A stretch of DNA of 64,000 bases. Origin: Ignavibacteriaceae bacterium. GTDB taxonomy: Bacteria; Bacteroidota; Ignavibacteria; Ignavibacteriales; Ignavibacteriaceae. Positions 18,595 to 27,298 of the stretch are shown here, one piece after another. The translations under genes and the position numbers were made by a program. The first letter of the stretch is position 1; each line of letters starts with the position of its first letter. The notes beneath the pieces were generated by a model that was given only the letters and a program-made list of their open reading frames with translations, ran no database searches and was not told the DNA's origin. The stretch is from assembly GCA_041739035.1 (NCBI GenBank), contig JBGSOQ010000062.1, positions 44,775 through 108,774 of the forward strand, in the 5' to 3' direction.

Positions 18595-20067
18595 CTATGA
18601 TTCATTTTTCTTAAGTCCTAACTCCTTTGCCATTCTGTAATAATTTGGTGGAGCTAATCCAAGTTTTTTTGCGGCATCAGTATCTGAATCAGAATTAATT
18701 CGCACAAACTTAAAATATCTTTCGCGTAAAACTTTTTCCATATCTTTTAACGGAAGAATGTTTTCAATATTAAAAATATCTCCAAAGCCAAATTCGTTTG
18801 CTTCCGGTATGGTTTCCTGAATTCCTAGTGCACGTTTTGCAAGAAGCGGGGTTATTCTTCCTTCAGAACTGAAAAGCATTCTCTGCACAACATTTTTTAA
18901 TTCTCTAACGTTGCCGGGCCACTCATAATTCATAAATACTTTCATTGTTTCATCAGGAATTTCAGGCTTGTCCTTGCTCATATCTATGCTTATGCTGGAT
19001 AAAAAATAATCAATTAATAAGGGGATATCAGTTACACGTTTTTTTAGATCCGGTACGAAGATTGGTAGTACATTCAATCTGTAATAAAGATCTTCCCTGA
19101 ATCTTTTTTCCTTCACTTCTTCTTCAACATTCCTGTTTGTTGCAGCGATTATTCGGACATCAACTTTTATTTTTTCGGTTCTACCTATCTTTTCTATTTC
19201 ACCTTCCTGAATTACACGAAGTAATTTTACCTGCGCAGGCAAAGGTAATTCTGTAATCTCGTCTAAAAATATTGTTCCGTGATTTGCAATTTCAAATAAT
19301 CCAAGTTTCTTTTTATCTGCACCGGTAAAAGCTCCTTTTTCGTAACCGAACAATTCACTTTCAACTAATTGACTTGGTAAGCTGCCGCAGTTTATTATTA
19401 CAAAGTTTTCGTATTTACGATCGCTTGTGTAATGAATATTGAATGCAACCAGTTCTTTACCGGTACCGGATGAGCCTCTGATTAGTGTGTTAACATTACT
19501 CTGTGCAAACTTTTTAATTTCTCCTTTTAGCTCAGTCATTATCGGAGATTCACCAACAATTTTTTTCTGTAATAAAGTATCTTCAACATTTTTGTGAAGC
19601 TTTTGGTATGATCTGAACCGTTCACGCTCCAGCAAACATTTTTCGTGAGCGTTAAATATGCTGAGTATAAAATCAGTGGGCTGATAAATAAACTCTTCAA
19701 TATCACCCGGATATTTTGTGCAGTACCAAAATGCTCCTGCCTTAATAAGTTTATTTGCAAAATTGTAATCAGAAAGATTGATTGTCATTTTTGTTATTAC
19801 AATTATCTGAACAGAAGTATCAATCTCTTTAATCTTAGTAATCAGATTTTCACCCATCAATCCGCCGGCAATCTGATAATCCATTATAACAACATCAAAT
19901 TTGCCTTTTTTACTCTGAAGCAATTCAAGAGCGGCCATTCCGTTGGAAACAATATCAAGTACTTTAATTCGTTCCTCGAAAGGTTTTACGGTATTCATTA
20001 CTCTTCTTACATCATAATCTTCATCTTCAATCAGAAGCAGATTTATTTTCTTACCATCAAATATCAT
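18595..20067 (-). CDS. Sigma-54-dependent response regulator (NtrC family: REC + AAA+ + Fis-type HTH)
   Basis: 490 aa. REC (LLIEDEDYD...VVIMDYQI). Walker A GSSGTGKE. GAFTGA motif (YEKGAFTGADKK). Walker B IFLDEI. RIIAATNRN...FREDLYYRLNV. C-terminal HTH (AAKKLGLAPPNYYRMAKELGL). Confidence 0.92.
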   Translation of the reverse strand: MIFDGKKINLLLIEDEDYDVRRVMNTVKPFEERIKVLDIVSNGMAALELLQSKKGKFDVVIMDYQIAGGLMGENLITKIKEIDTSVQIIVITKMTINLSDYNFANKLIKAGAFWYCTKYPGDIEEFIYQPTDFILSIFNAHEKCLLERERFRSYQKLHKNVEDTLLQKKIVGESPIMTELKGEIKKFAQSNVNTLIRGSSGTGKELVAFNIHYTSDRKYENFVIINCGSLPSQLVESELFGYEKGAFTGADKKKLGLFEIANHGTIFLDEITELPLPAQVKLLRVIQEGEIEKIGRTEKIKVDVRIIAATNRNVEEEVKEKRFREDLYYRLNVLPIFVPDLKKRVTDIPLLIDYFLSSISIDMSKDKPEIPDETMKVFMNYEWPGNVRELKNVVQRMLFSSEGRITPLLAKRALGIQETIPEANEFGFGDIFNIENILPLKDMEKVLRERYFKFVRINSDSDTDAAKKLGLAPPNYYRMAKELGLKKNES

Positions 20068-20081
20068 TTCACATTTTCCAT

Positions 20082-21560
20082 TTAATTAGAGATTGTTATT
20101 GTAAACCGGCATCCGCCTTCATTTATATTCTCAGCATCAATATCCCATCCGCATCTTTTGGATATTTCATAAGCAATGTAGCAACCATAACCGGAGTTTT
20201 GCAAACCGGTTTCCTTTGTTGAAACATTTTCTAAAAACAGATTTTTTATCCCATTTTCATTTGCAATTAAAAGTTCCTTCTTTATGCCAACACCATTGTC
20301 TTCAATAATTATATAAGATTTATTGTTCTGCTCATCAAATTTAGTTTTACATTTTATAAGAATATTGTTTTCGCCACCGTGATCAATACTATTCTGAATA
20401 AGCGGTTCAATAATTTCCCAAACTACAAATTCATTAATTGGAACGAGCGGCATTTTGGGATCTGTTTCCATCTTAATTTCATAAACATTCGATTTAGATG
20501 TTATCCTCAAAAAGATATTCTCAACAATAAACTTAATTACTTCATTCAAATTAGTATGAAACATCTGATTTCGTATAGTCTGCAATGGCGGATCAAACCA
20601 TTTCATATCGTAAATTACTCGGGAAATAAAATTAGAGTACTTAGAAACACGGTACTTAATATCATTAATATTTTCTGCTGATAAAGTTCGAAGATCTTCC
20701 TTAATAAATCCCATTATCTTTTCAGCTTTGTGGTGCGTGTGATAAATTCTTTTTGTAAAAACCAATTCCTTATCGTAATTGATTTGTTTTTTTAGATTCG
20801 TTTCATGCTCATCAAAAAGCATTTTTTGTGTGTCATCTCTTTCCTTTACAGTGTAGGATGAAATGAAATACATAGCCAGCAATCCAAACAAAATAAGCGA
20901 AAGATAAATAACAGATGTTTCATCATAATTGCTTATAACCGTGTTGCTGATGAAACTAAAATCAGGAGTATTCTGCACATAAATTGCACCGATATATTCA
21001 CCACGCAAAACAAACGGAACAAAAATGTTAAATGTTTTTTTATCGGTAATAATACTTTTTATTTGTTCGGTAGAACTTAATTCGGCTTCAATCTTTTTGT
21101 ACATCTCAATAATATTTTTTTTCCTGTCATCCACAGGTTCATTTATTTTTTTATGATCCGAAAGAAAATTGTACAATGCCCTACCATCATCAATTGCGTA
21201 AACTTCATCACCGAGTCTGGTAAGTATATAAAGCCCCTGTATATTATGTTTAAGCTGCTGCTGACTGAATACAATATTAAAAGCCTGTATAACTTTATTT
21301 TCATCTTCCCTGCTGATAACTTCTTTTGTGTCAATTGATTCGAGTACAAGCTCAAAAGAAGTGGCAGTAAGATTTGCAATTTCTTCCGCGGAATCTTTTT
21401 GATACCATTCCTGCGTTGTACTTAAAAAACTTTTTACTGCCGCTTTGTTAATGAATGAAACAATAAGCTGAAACGCAAACAGAATTATAAAAAGCACAGT
21501 AACGTGCTTAAACTCAAAATGATATTCTTTTATTTTTTCAAAAAATCTTTTTTCGCTCAT
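20082..21560 (-). CDS. Membrane sensor histidine kinase (two TM helices flanking a ~175-aa periplasmic domain; HATPase_c)
   Basis: 492 aa. TM helices near residues 20-38 and 215-235. Candidate H-box HTHHKAEKIMGFIKEDL. N-box NSIDHGG, G1 DNGVGI, G2 GYGCYIA. Stop is 14 nt before the regulator start. Confidence 0.85.
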   Translation of the reverse strand: MSEKRFFEKIKEYHFEFKHVTVLFIILFAFQLIVSFINKAAVKSFLSTTQEWYQKDSAEEIANLTATSFELVLESIDTKEVISREDENKVIQAFNIVFSQQQLKHNIQGLYILTRLGDEVYAIDDGRALYNFLSDHKKINEPVDDRKKNIIEMYKKIEAELSSTEQIKSIITDKKTFNIFVPFVLRGEYIGAIYVQNTPDFSFISNTVISNYDETSVIYLSLILFGLLAMYFISSYTVKERDDTQKMLFDEHETNLKKQINYDKELVFTKRIYHTHHKAEKIMGFIKEDLRTLSAENINDIKYRVSKYSNFISRVIYDMKWFDPPLQTIRNQMFHTNLNEVIKFIVENIFLRITSKSNVYEIKMETDPKMPLVPINEFVVWEIIEPLIQNSIDHGGENNILIKCKTKFDEQNNKSYIIIEDNGVGIKKELLIANENGIKNLFLENVSTKETGLQNSGYGCYIAYEISKRCGWDIDAENINEGGCRFTITISN

Positions 21561-21567
21561 AACATAA

Positions 21568-22884
21568 TCACTTAACTAAAATTGCCTTATCATTAATCTT
21601 TTTAGTGGCTTCCTTAAGTGCTTCATCAACAGATATTTCTTTCTTTATAGCTTTGTTAAGATAGAAAGACAAAATATCCGAAACATTTGTGTAGCTCTCT
21701 AAAAACGGTCTGTGTACTCCTGTTTTATAAAGTGTTTTAAAGAATTCAAGTTCAGGATGTTTTTTGATAAACTCTTCATCTTCATAAAGCGTTTTAGTTG
21801 TGGGAAGATATCCGCCTTCTTCATACATAATTTTTTGTGATTCTTCACTCAATAAAAACTTGGTAAACTTTATTACTTCAGGAATTCTTTCTGAAAATTT
21901 TGAGATCATCAAATTCCAGCCGCCGTAAACAGAACCGGGTTTTGATGCCGTAAAATGAGGCATTGGAGCCATTCTTAAATTTGATTTCATTTCAGCATTC
22001 ATAAATTCATTATCATCATCAATCATACTCGGCCAACTTCTTACAAATACTCCGTTATCTTTTGCAAAGAGGTTGTAACTTTCATTCTCTTTTAAGTAAG
22101 TAACGCTCTTTGGTGAAGCATTATACTTGTTAACAAGATCAACAAGTAACTGAAGTGATTTTTTACCTTCCGGTGTATCTAATTTTAAATTACCGTTTGC
22201 ATCTACAACCGGATTATTTTGATTTGCCATTAATTCTGTAAACGAACAGATCAAACCTTCGTAATCATCCGCCTGAAAAATATAAAACGGATTTGTGTTG
22301 ATGTTAAATCTTTTACTTAACTCGATAAACTTTTCCCAGGTAATAGATTCATCAAGCTGTTTTTTTAATTCGGGGTAATCAGAAAATTTTCTGATCAGAT
22401 CATCTCTGTAAAACATTAAAGCGATGTCTATATATAAAGGAACGGCAACAAGCGAATCCTTGTAATAACAGGTTTCCAACGCGTTTGGGATAATTGTATT
22501 AATTTCTGTGCTGTCTAAAAATTGCTGTATCGGCACGCCCCATCTTGCAAATCTTGGAACCCAAATTTGATCCACAGAAAAAATATCAATTCTGTTGTTC
22601 TTGCTTCTTAAATATCTTGCTAAAAGTTCTTTGCGTTCGTTTGTACTAAACTTATCGAACGAAAGATTTATAGTTTCTACCCGCAAAGAACCTTTATTCT
22701 TTTCATTAAATAAATCTATTACCTTTTGATGAGCTGAAGAAATGTGATCTACAAAGTAAATTGTTTTTTGCTTGGATGAGTTTTCCGAATCGAATTGGTT
22801 TGGTGAAAATATAAATGTAAACAGTATAAATACCGTAACCAGTACCGTGCTTAGAATTATGTAAAATATCTTCTCAATGTTCAT
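21568..22884 (-). CDS. Membrane-anchored family-1 extracellular solute-binding protein (orphan; no ABC permease or ATPase nearby)
   Basis: 438 aa. N-terminal TM anchor (IILSTVLVTVFILFTFIF). Sugar-type SBP features (IDIFSVDQIWVPRFA..., GGWNLMISKFS..., EGGYLPTTK). Stop is 7 nt before the kinase start. Confidence 0.8.
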   Translation of the reverse strand: MNIEKIFYIILSTVLVTVFILFTFIFSPNQFDSENSSKQKTIYFVDHISSAHQKVIDLFNEKNKGSLRVETINLSFDKFSTNERKELLARYLRSKNNRIDIFSVDQIWVPRFARWGVPIQQFLDSTEINTIIPNALETCYYKDSLVAVPLYIDIALMFYRDDLIRKFSDYPELKKQLDESITWEKFIELSKRFNINTNPFYIFQADDYEGLICSFTELMANQNNPVVDANGNLKLDTPEGKKSLQLLVDLVNKYNASPKSVTYLKENESYNLFAKDNGVFVRSWPSMIDDDNEFMNAEMKSNLRMAPMPHFTASKPGSVYGGWNLMISKFSERIPEVIKFTKFLLSEESQKIMYEEGGYLPTTKTLYEDEEFIKKHPELEFFKTLYKTGVHRPFLESYTNVSDILSFYLNKAIKKEISVDEALKEATKKINDKAILVK

Positions 22885-23045
22885 CTGTATCTAATCCAAT
22901 TGAATCAGCTTAAATTTTGATTTTAATGGCTTAAATATAGAATTTATCTCGCTAAGATTTTTACTGAAACCTGGTCAAAAACGCAGAACAAGAATGGACC
23001 TGTCATTATGGGAGTAGGCATTGAGCTGCATGAAAGACTTTGTAC

Positions 23046-23570
23046 TTAAATAATAGCAATCCCAATTGCAACATAAAAATATCCAAATGGCCTATATGTT
23101 AATAAAGTTGAATTTATTCCGCTTTCTAGCTCTACCGCAAAAGCATTATTCAAATGAAATAAATAATTAACAGAAAATCCGTAAAATGGTACTATTGATT
23201 GACCTTCTTCATAAGAGTAGATGGCAGCCCCCGCGTTAACATTTAAGAATATGTTATTGTTGAATCCAAACTCTGGCGACAATCTAATGTAGGGTAAAAA
23301 ATAGCTTCTGGAATCACCGAATATAATATTACACCCTGGTTCAAATGCAAATTTAACTTGAAAGTTCTGAGAATTACGTTTAAATCCACTGTAATGAAAA
23401 TTGAAGTTTAAAAAAGGAGATGAACCCTCACTGCTTATAGAATACCCAGAAATAAAACGAAACCTTGATAAATGTTCAGATTGATTGTCAGTTTCATTAG
23501 AAACAGATTGTGCAATACAAAACGGAAGAATATTTATACTTAATAAAACAATGTACAAAAGTTTTATCAT
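23046..23570 (-). CDS. Hypothetical small secreted protein, possibly an outer-membrane beta-barrel
   Basis: About 174 aa with a signal peptide (MIKLLYIVLLSINILPFCIAQ). Alternating aromatic/glycine-rich beta-strand-like pattern. ATG at 23570 preferred over the TTG at 23573. No family recognised. Confidence 0.45.
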   Translation of the reverse strand: MIKLLYIVLLSINILPFCIAQSVSNETDNQSEHLSRFRFISGYSISSEGSSPFLNFNFHYSGFKRNSQNFQVKFAFEPGCNIIFGDSRSYFLPYIRLSPEFGFNNNIFLNVNAGAAIYSYEEGQSIVPFYGFSVNYLFHLNNAFAVELESGINSTLLTYRPFGYFYVAIGIAII

Positions 23571-23870
23571 CAAGAAGCCTAACTAATACTTATAAGGATT
23601 GTCTTTCACTCAACTATTGGGCAATTCCTGCTTTTACTTATCCTAAAATTTTCCGTAGTCATAAATCCATAGTGGCAGTCCCCCGCTGGTAAAGCGGTTT
23701 AAAGGAGTATTTAGAGTAGAGTAGCATAATGTTAAAATCAATGCAGTTGCAAATTAAGATAAAATTAATAGAGCTTCAATCTTTTTTTAGTAAAATAATA
23801 CTACTTAGTTGGCAAGCATTATTCAGTTAACTAATTCGTCGTGGTTAATCCTTAAAAATGTATTTCTTTA

Positions 23871-23947
23871 TTGTAGGGATCGGACTCCTTATCCGATCCG
23901 CATGTAAAATAAAGCACACGGAAAGAACCGGAGTTCGTTCCCTACAA
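23871..23947. other. 77-nt intergenic element predicted to fold as a three-way junction (possible structured RNA; strand unknown)
   Basis: Closing stem TTGTAGGGA (23871-23879) / TCCCTACAA (23939-23947). Hairpin GGATCGGA-CTCCTTA-TCCGATCC. Hairpin GGAAAGAAC-CGGA-GTTCGTTCC with 1 mismatch. About 100 nt upstream of 24045. Confidence 0.3.
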
Positions 23948-24044
23948 AACACATTTTTATTCTTAAACCATTTACATAATTTGCAAATGTAAAAAATCAT
24001 CTTAAGACAATTTTTAATAAATATCATCACCAGAGTAAAAAGTA

Positions 24045-24446
24045 ATGAAAATTAAGAGAATTCTTTTATCATTTACCATATTAATTTTATTAAATGCATG
24101 TGATCTTAATGAAGGCCCAACATTGTTTTATCGTCATATCGTAACACTCGAAACAAATCTTGATAGTTTACACTACAATAAGACTTATCTTAATTCAACA
24201 ACGGTATACCCTTATACTATAATTAATCTCTATGAACCAATTGATCTCAGTGTTTATATAACATTATATCCGGTTCCTGATACTGGTCAAATACATTTTA
24301 GTATGTACAGAGGAGAAGGTCATGGTGATATACCAAGCACAAGTTTTATAGATTCATTAACTATTTACACTCCTATTGACACAACAATGGTTGTTTTTCG
24401 TTCAGGTGGAGGAATAGACTCTATAATAATCAATCCAGACATTTAA
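24045..24446 (+). CDS. Hypothetical lipoprotein
   Basis: 133 aa. Lipoprotein signal MKIKRILLSFTILILLNAC (lipobox LNAC). No recognisable domain. Confidence 0.55.
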   Translation: MKIKRILLSFTILILLNACDLNEGPTLFYRHIVTLETNLDSLHYNKTYLNSTTVYPYTIINLYEPIDLSVYITLYPVPDTGQIHFSMYRGEGHGDIPSTSFIDSLTIYTPIDTTMVVFRSGGGIDSIIINPDI

Positions 24447-24802
24447 TAAAGGTTGCATTCCATCTGTAGTTATTTAAACACCGTGATAACAAGTTTAACG
24501 GAATTCATTTCCTTTCAAATCCAATCAACCTCATTCTCCCACTACTCTTTGCAAGCTTAAAACTCTCAAAATCATTCCTCACAATCGCACTACTTCTGCT
24601 GCTTATCAATTTAATAAGCATTATTTATTAAAATAATAAGAGAATAAATGCAGCTATTCAAAAAATCTCGTTAGATACACAAGAGAGCAGGTTTAAAAAT
24701 TAAATATTGGGCATAATAATTGGATAAGTTTAATGTTTTCAAACAGTAATTGAAGTGTCGGTTTTTACTAACAATATATTTAAACAATTCACGGAGTAAC
24801 TG

Positions 24803-26302
24803 ATGGCGGTTTCATCTCCTTCAACAACAAATGTAACATCTGCAAGCGGCGGTAATAATAATTACGGGCCTGCATTAATTGTTCTGACTTCTTTGTTTTT
24901 TATGTGGGGCTTTATCACCTGCTTAAATGATATTCTGATTCCGCATTTAAAAGCAGTATTTGAGTTGAACTACACACAGGTAATGCTTGTGCAATTTACA
25001 TTTTTTACTGCCTATGCAATCGTATCGCTTCCTTCCGGTATGCTGGTTGAAAAGATTGGTTATAAAACCGGTATAATTTTAGGATTATTAATAGCCGCAA
25101 CAGGAACAGCTTTATTTTACCCTGCTGCAGGTTACCGTTCTTACGAAATATTTCTTTTAGCTCTTTTCGTTCTTGCCTCGGGAATAACACTTTTACAAGT
25201 TGCCGCAAATCCTTACGTAGCAATTTTAGGAAAACCGGAAACAGCATCAAGCAGATTAAATCTTTCACAAGCTTTCAATTCACTCGGAACAACTATCGCT
25301 CCAATTTTTGGATCAATACTCATACTTTCAATGGCTGTTAAAGGCGCAGATGAATTAGCTAAAATGAGTATGACTGATGTTGAGGCTTATAAACTTATTG
25401 AAGCAAGTTCGGTGCAAACTCCATATTTAATTCTTACAGGAATGCTTGTAGCAATTGCAATAATGTTTTCGCTCTTCAAACTTCCAAAAATTGAAGCCGC
25501 AACTCAATCATCAAGTGAAGCCAATGGAGTAAGCGGTGATAATAGTCATAAAAGTGCATGGGCATATAAACATTTGGTTTTAGGTGCGGTTGCAATTTTT
25601 GTTTATGTAGGTGGTGAAGTTGCTATCGGAAGTTTTTTAGTTAATTACTTTAAAGAATTAGTTAATATGCCGGAAGCTGAAGCCGGAACTTATGTTGCTC
25701 TTTATTGGGGCGGTGCTATGATTGGAAGATTCTTCGGTTCAATAACACTTTCAGGAATGACAGATTCAAAAAAGAAAAATATTTATGCGGCACTTGTTTT
25801 TGTTTTAGCTTTGGTACTTGCACTTTATGTAACAAAAGAATATCAGAACCTTGCAACATTTACTCTATCAGGTATGGGTAAAACTTTAACTTTTCTTGCA
25901 TTAGTAGCTGTTAACTTTATTGCATTCAATCTTGGTAAACAAAAACCGGGTAGAACTTTAGCAATACTTGCATTTACTGCGGCATCACTTGTTGTTATTT
26001 CTATGTTAACAAACGGTCAGTTTGCAATGTGGAGTATTTTGGCTGTCGGATTATTTAACTCAATTATGTTCCCAACAATTTTTACTCTTGCAATTGCCGG
26101 ATTAGGAAAACACACGGGACAGGGATCAGGAATACTTTGTACAGCAATAGTTGGCGGTGCAATTATTCCTTTACTTCAGGGTTTATTAGCAGATAATATT
26201 GGTATTCATCATGCTTTCATTTTGCCTGTATTATGTTATATGTATATAGCATTCTATGGGATGAAAGGTCATATTCCATCTTTTAAAACTGCTAAGGCAT
26301 GA
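24803..26302 (+). CDS. MFS sugar transporter of the FucP / glucose-galactose (GluP) family
   Basis: 499 aa, roughly 12 TM helices. [23 protein letters not shown] and [13 protein letters not shown] are typical of the FucP/GluP family. ACGGAG RBS. Confidence 0.9.
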   Translation: MAVSSPSTTNVTSASGGNNNYGPALIVLTSLFFMWGFITCLNDILIPHLKAVFELNYTQVMLVQFTFFTAYAIVSLPSGMLVEKIGYKTGIILGLLIAATGTALFYPAAGYRSYEIFLLALFVLASGITLLQVAANPYVAILGKPETASSRLNLSQAFNSLGTTIAPIFGSILILSMAVKGADELAKMSMTDVEAYKLIEASSVQTPYLILTGMLVAIAIMFSLFKLPKIEAATQSSSEANGVSGDNSHKSAWAYKHLVLGAVAIFVYVGGEVAIGSFLVNYFKELVNMPEAEAGTYVALYWGGAMIGRFFGSITLSGMTDSKKKNIYAALVFVLALVLALYVTKEYQNLATFTLSGMGKTLTFLALVAVNFIAFNLGKQKPGRTLAILAFTAASLVVISMLTNGQFAMWSILAVGLFNSIMFPTIFTLAIAGLGKHTGQGSGILCTAIVGGAIIPLLQGLLADNIGIHHAFILPVLCYMYIAFYGMKGHIPSFKTAKA

Positions 26303-27285
26303 TTGAAATGAAAACTGAAGTAGCATTAGGTATTGATGTCGGCGGTACAAACACTGCGTTTGGTTTTGTAGATGTAAACGGAAATTGCATTGCAGATTCA
26401 TCGATACTAACAAAAGCACACAACAGTGCGGCTGATCTTTTTGCAAGGCTGCATCCTGAAATTGAAAAAATATATAATTCCACTTCTGATAGATGTATTC
26501 TAAAAGGAATAGGCGTTGGCGCACCGAATGCAAATTATTATCGCGGTACAGTGGAAAATCCGCCAAACTTAAAATGGGGAGTTGTAAATGTTGTTGAGAT
26601 CTTAAGACAATATTATGATGTTCCCGTTACGATTACAAATGATGCAAATGCATCTGCAATTGGTGAGATGCTTTTTGGCGCTGCAAAAGGAATGAAAGAT
26701 TTTATTGTGATAACACTCGGTACCGGTTTAGGCAGCGGAGTTGTTGTTGATGGAAAGTTGGTTTACGGGTCAGATGGATTTGCAGGAGAAATCGGCCACA
26801 CTGTTTATGATCCAAATGGCAGACAATGCGGATGCGGCAGAAAAGGTTGTTTGGAAACTTATGCTTCTGCAACAGGAATCAAACGCACGGTTATGGAATT
26901 ACTTGCAAACTCAAACGAAGACAGCGCACTTAGAAATATTAGTTACAACGATCTTGAATCTAAAATGATTTATACATCTGCACTTGCAGGTGATAAAGTT
27001 GCAAAAGATGCTTTTGAGTTTACAGGAAAAGTCCTCGGTTTAAAACTCGCTGATGCTGTTGCAGTTACAAGTCCTGAAGCAATTATTTTGTTTGGTGGAT
27101 TAGCACTTGCAGGTGATATGATAATCGCTCCGACAAAAAGATCTATGGAAGAAAATTTATTCCATGTGTTTCAGAATAAAGTAAAAATTCTTCCTTCAGG
27201 TTTACCTGAAGGAAACAGTGCTGTACTTGGAGCCGCAGCATTAATATGGAATGAGATGATAAAACTTGAAGAAATTTCAACTTGA
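26299..27285 (+). CDS. ROK-family sugar kinase (glucokinase-like)
   Basis: 328 aa. ATP-binding [15 protein letters not shown] signature with zinc cysteines [28 protein letters not shown]. Start ATG overlaps the MFS stop (ATGA). Confidence 0.9.
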   Translation: MIEMKTEVALGIDVGGTNTAFGFVDVNGNCIADSSILTKAHNSAADLFARLHPEIEKIYNSTSDRCILKGIGVGAPNANYYRGTVENPPNLKWGVVNVVEILRQYYDVPVTITNDANASAIGEMLFGAAKGMKDFIVITLGTGLGSGVVVDGKLVYGSDGFAGEIGHTVYDPNGRQCGCGRKGCLETYASATGIKRTVMELLANSNEDSALRNISYNDLESKMIYTSALAGDKVAKDAFEFTGKVLGLKLADAVAVTSPEAIILFGGLALAGDMIIAPTKRSMEENLFHVFQNKVKILPSGLPEGNSAVLGAAALIWNEMIKLEEIST

Positions 27286-27298
27286 TGGTTATAAAGTT

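Noticed and set aside
19645-20085. Long antisense ORFs: 19645..20085 (146 aa), 44008..44445 (145 aa), 59008..59388 (126 aa), 57420..57770 (116 aa), 26231..26566 (111 aa), and the many 60-100-aa track entries inside larger genes
   Set aside because: Each lies wholly inside, and antisense or out of frame to, a gene with strong family motifs. Their translations are low-complexity (F/I/N/K- or S/P-rich) with no recognisable motifs. This is typical of shadow ORFs in AT-rich DNA.
23810-23825. Sigma-54-like TGGCAAGCATTATTCA on the plus strand upstream of the lipoprotein gene
   Set aside because: The -12 element reads ATTC instead of TTGC. The site lies about 220 nt from the start codon. There is no supporting context.
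23871-23947. tRNA interpretation of the 77-nt cloverleaf-sized element
   Set aside because: There is no GTTCGAATC-type T-loop (the loop reads TAAGGAG/CTCCTTA). The would-be D-arm has a 4-nt loop. The central arm pairs only through G-U wobbles around a 10-nt loop. The spacing between the T-stem and the acceptor stem is wrong. It is kept only as an unclassified structured element.
24507-24560. G-free pyrimidine-rich tract (about 47 nt without G) in the spacer upstream of the MFS gene
   Set aside because: It is short, not repeated and has no obvious pairing partner. It is probably compositional noise in an AT-rich spacer. It is noted only in case a CU-rich leader motif turns up in relatives.
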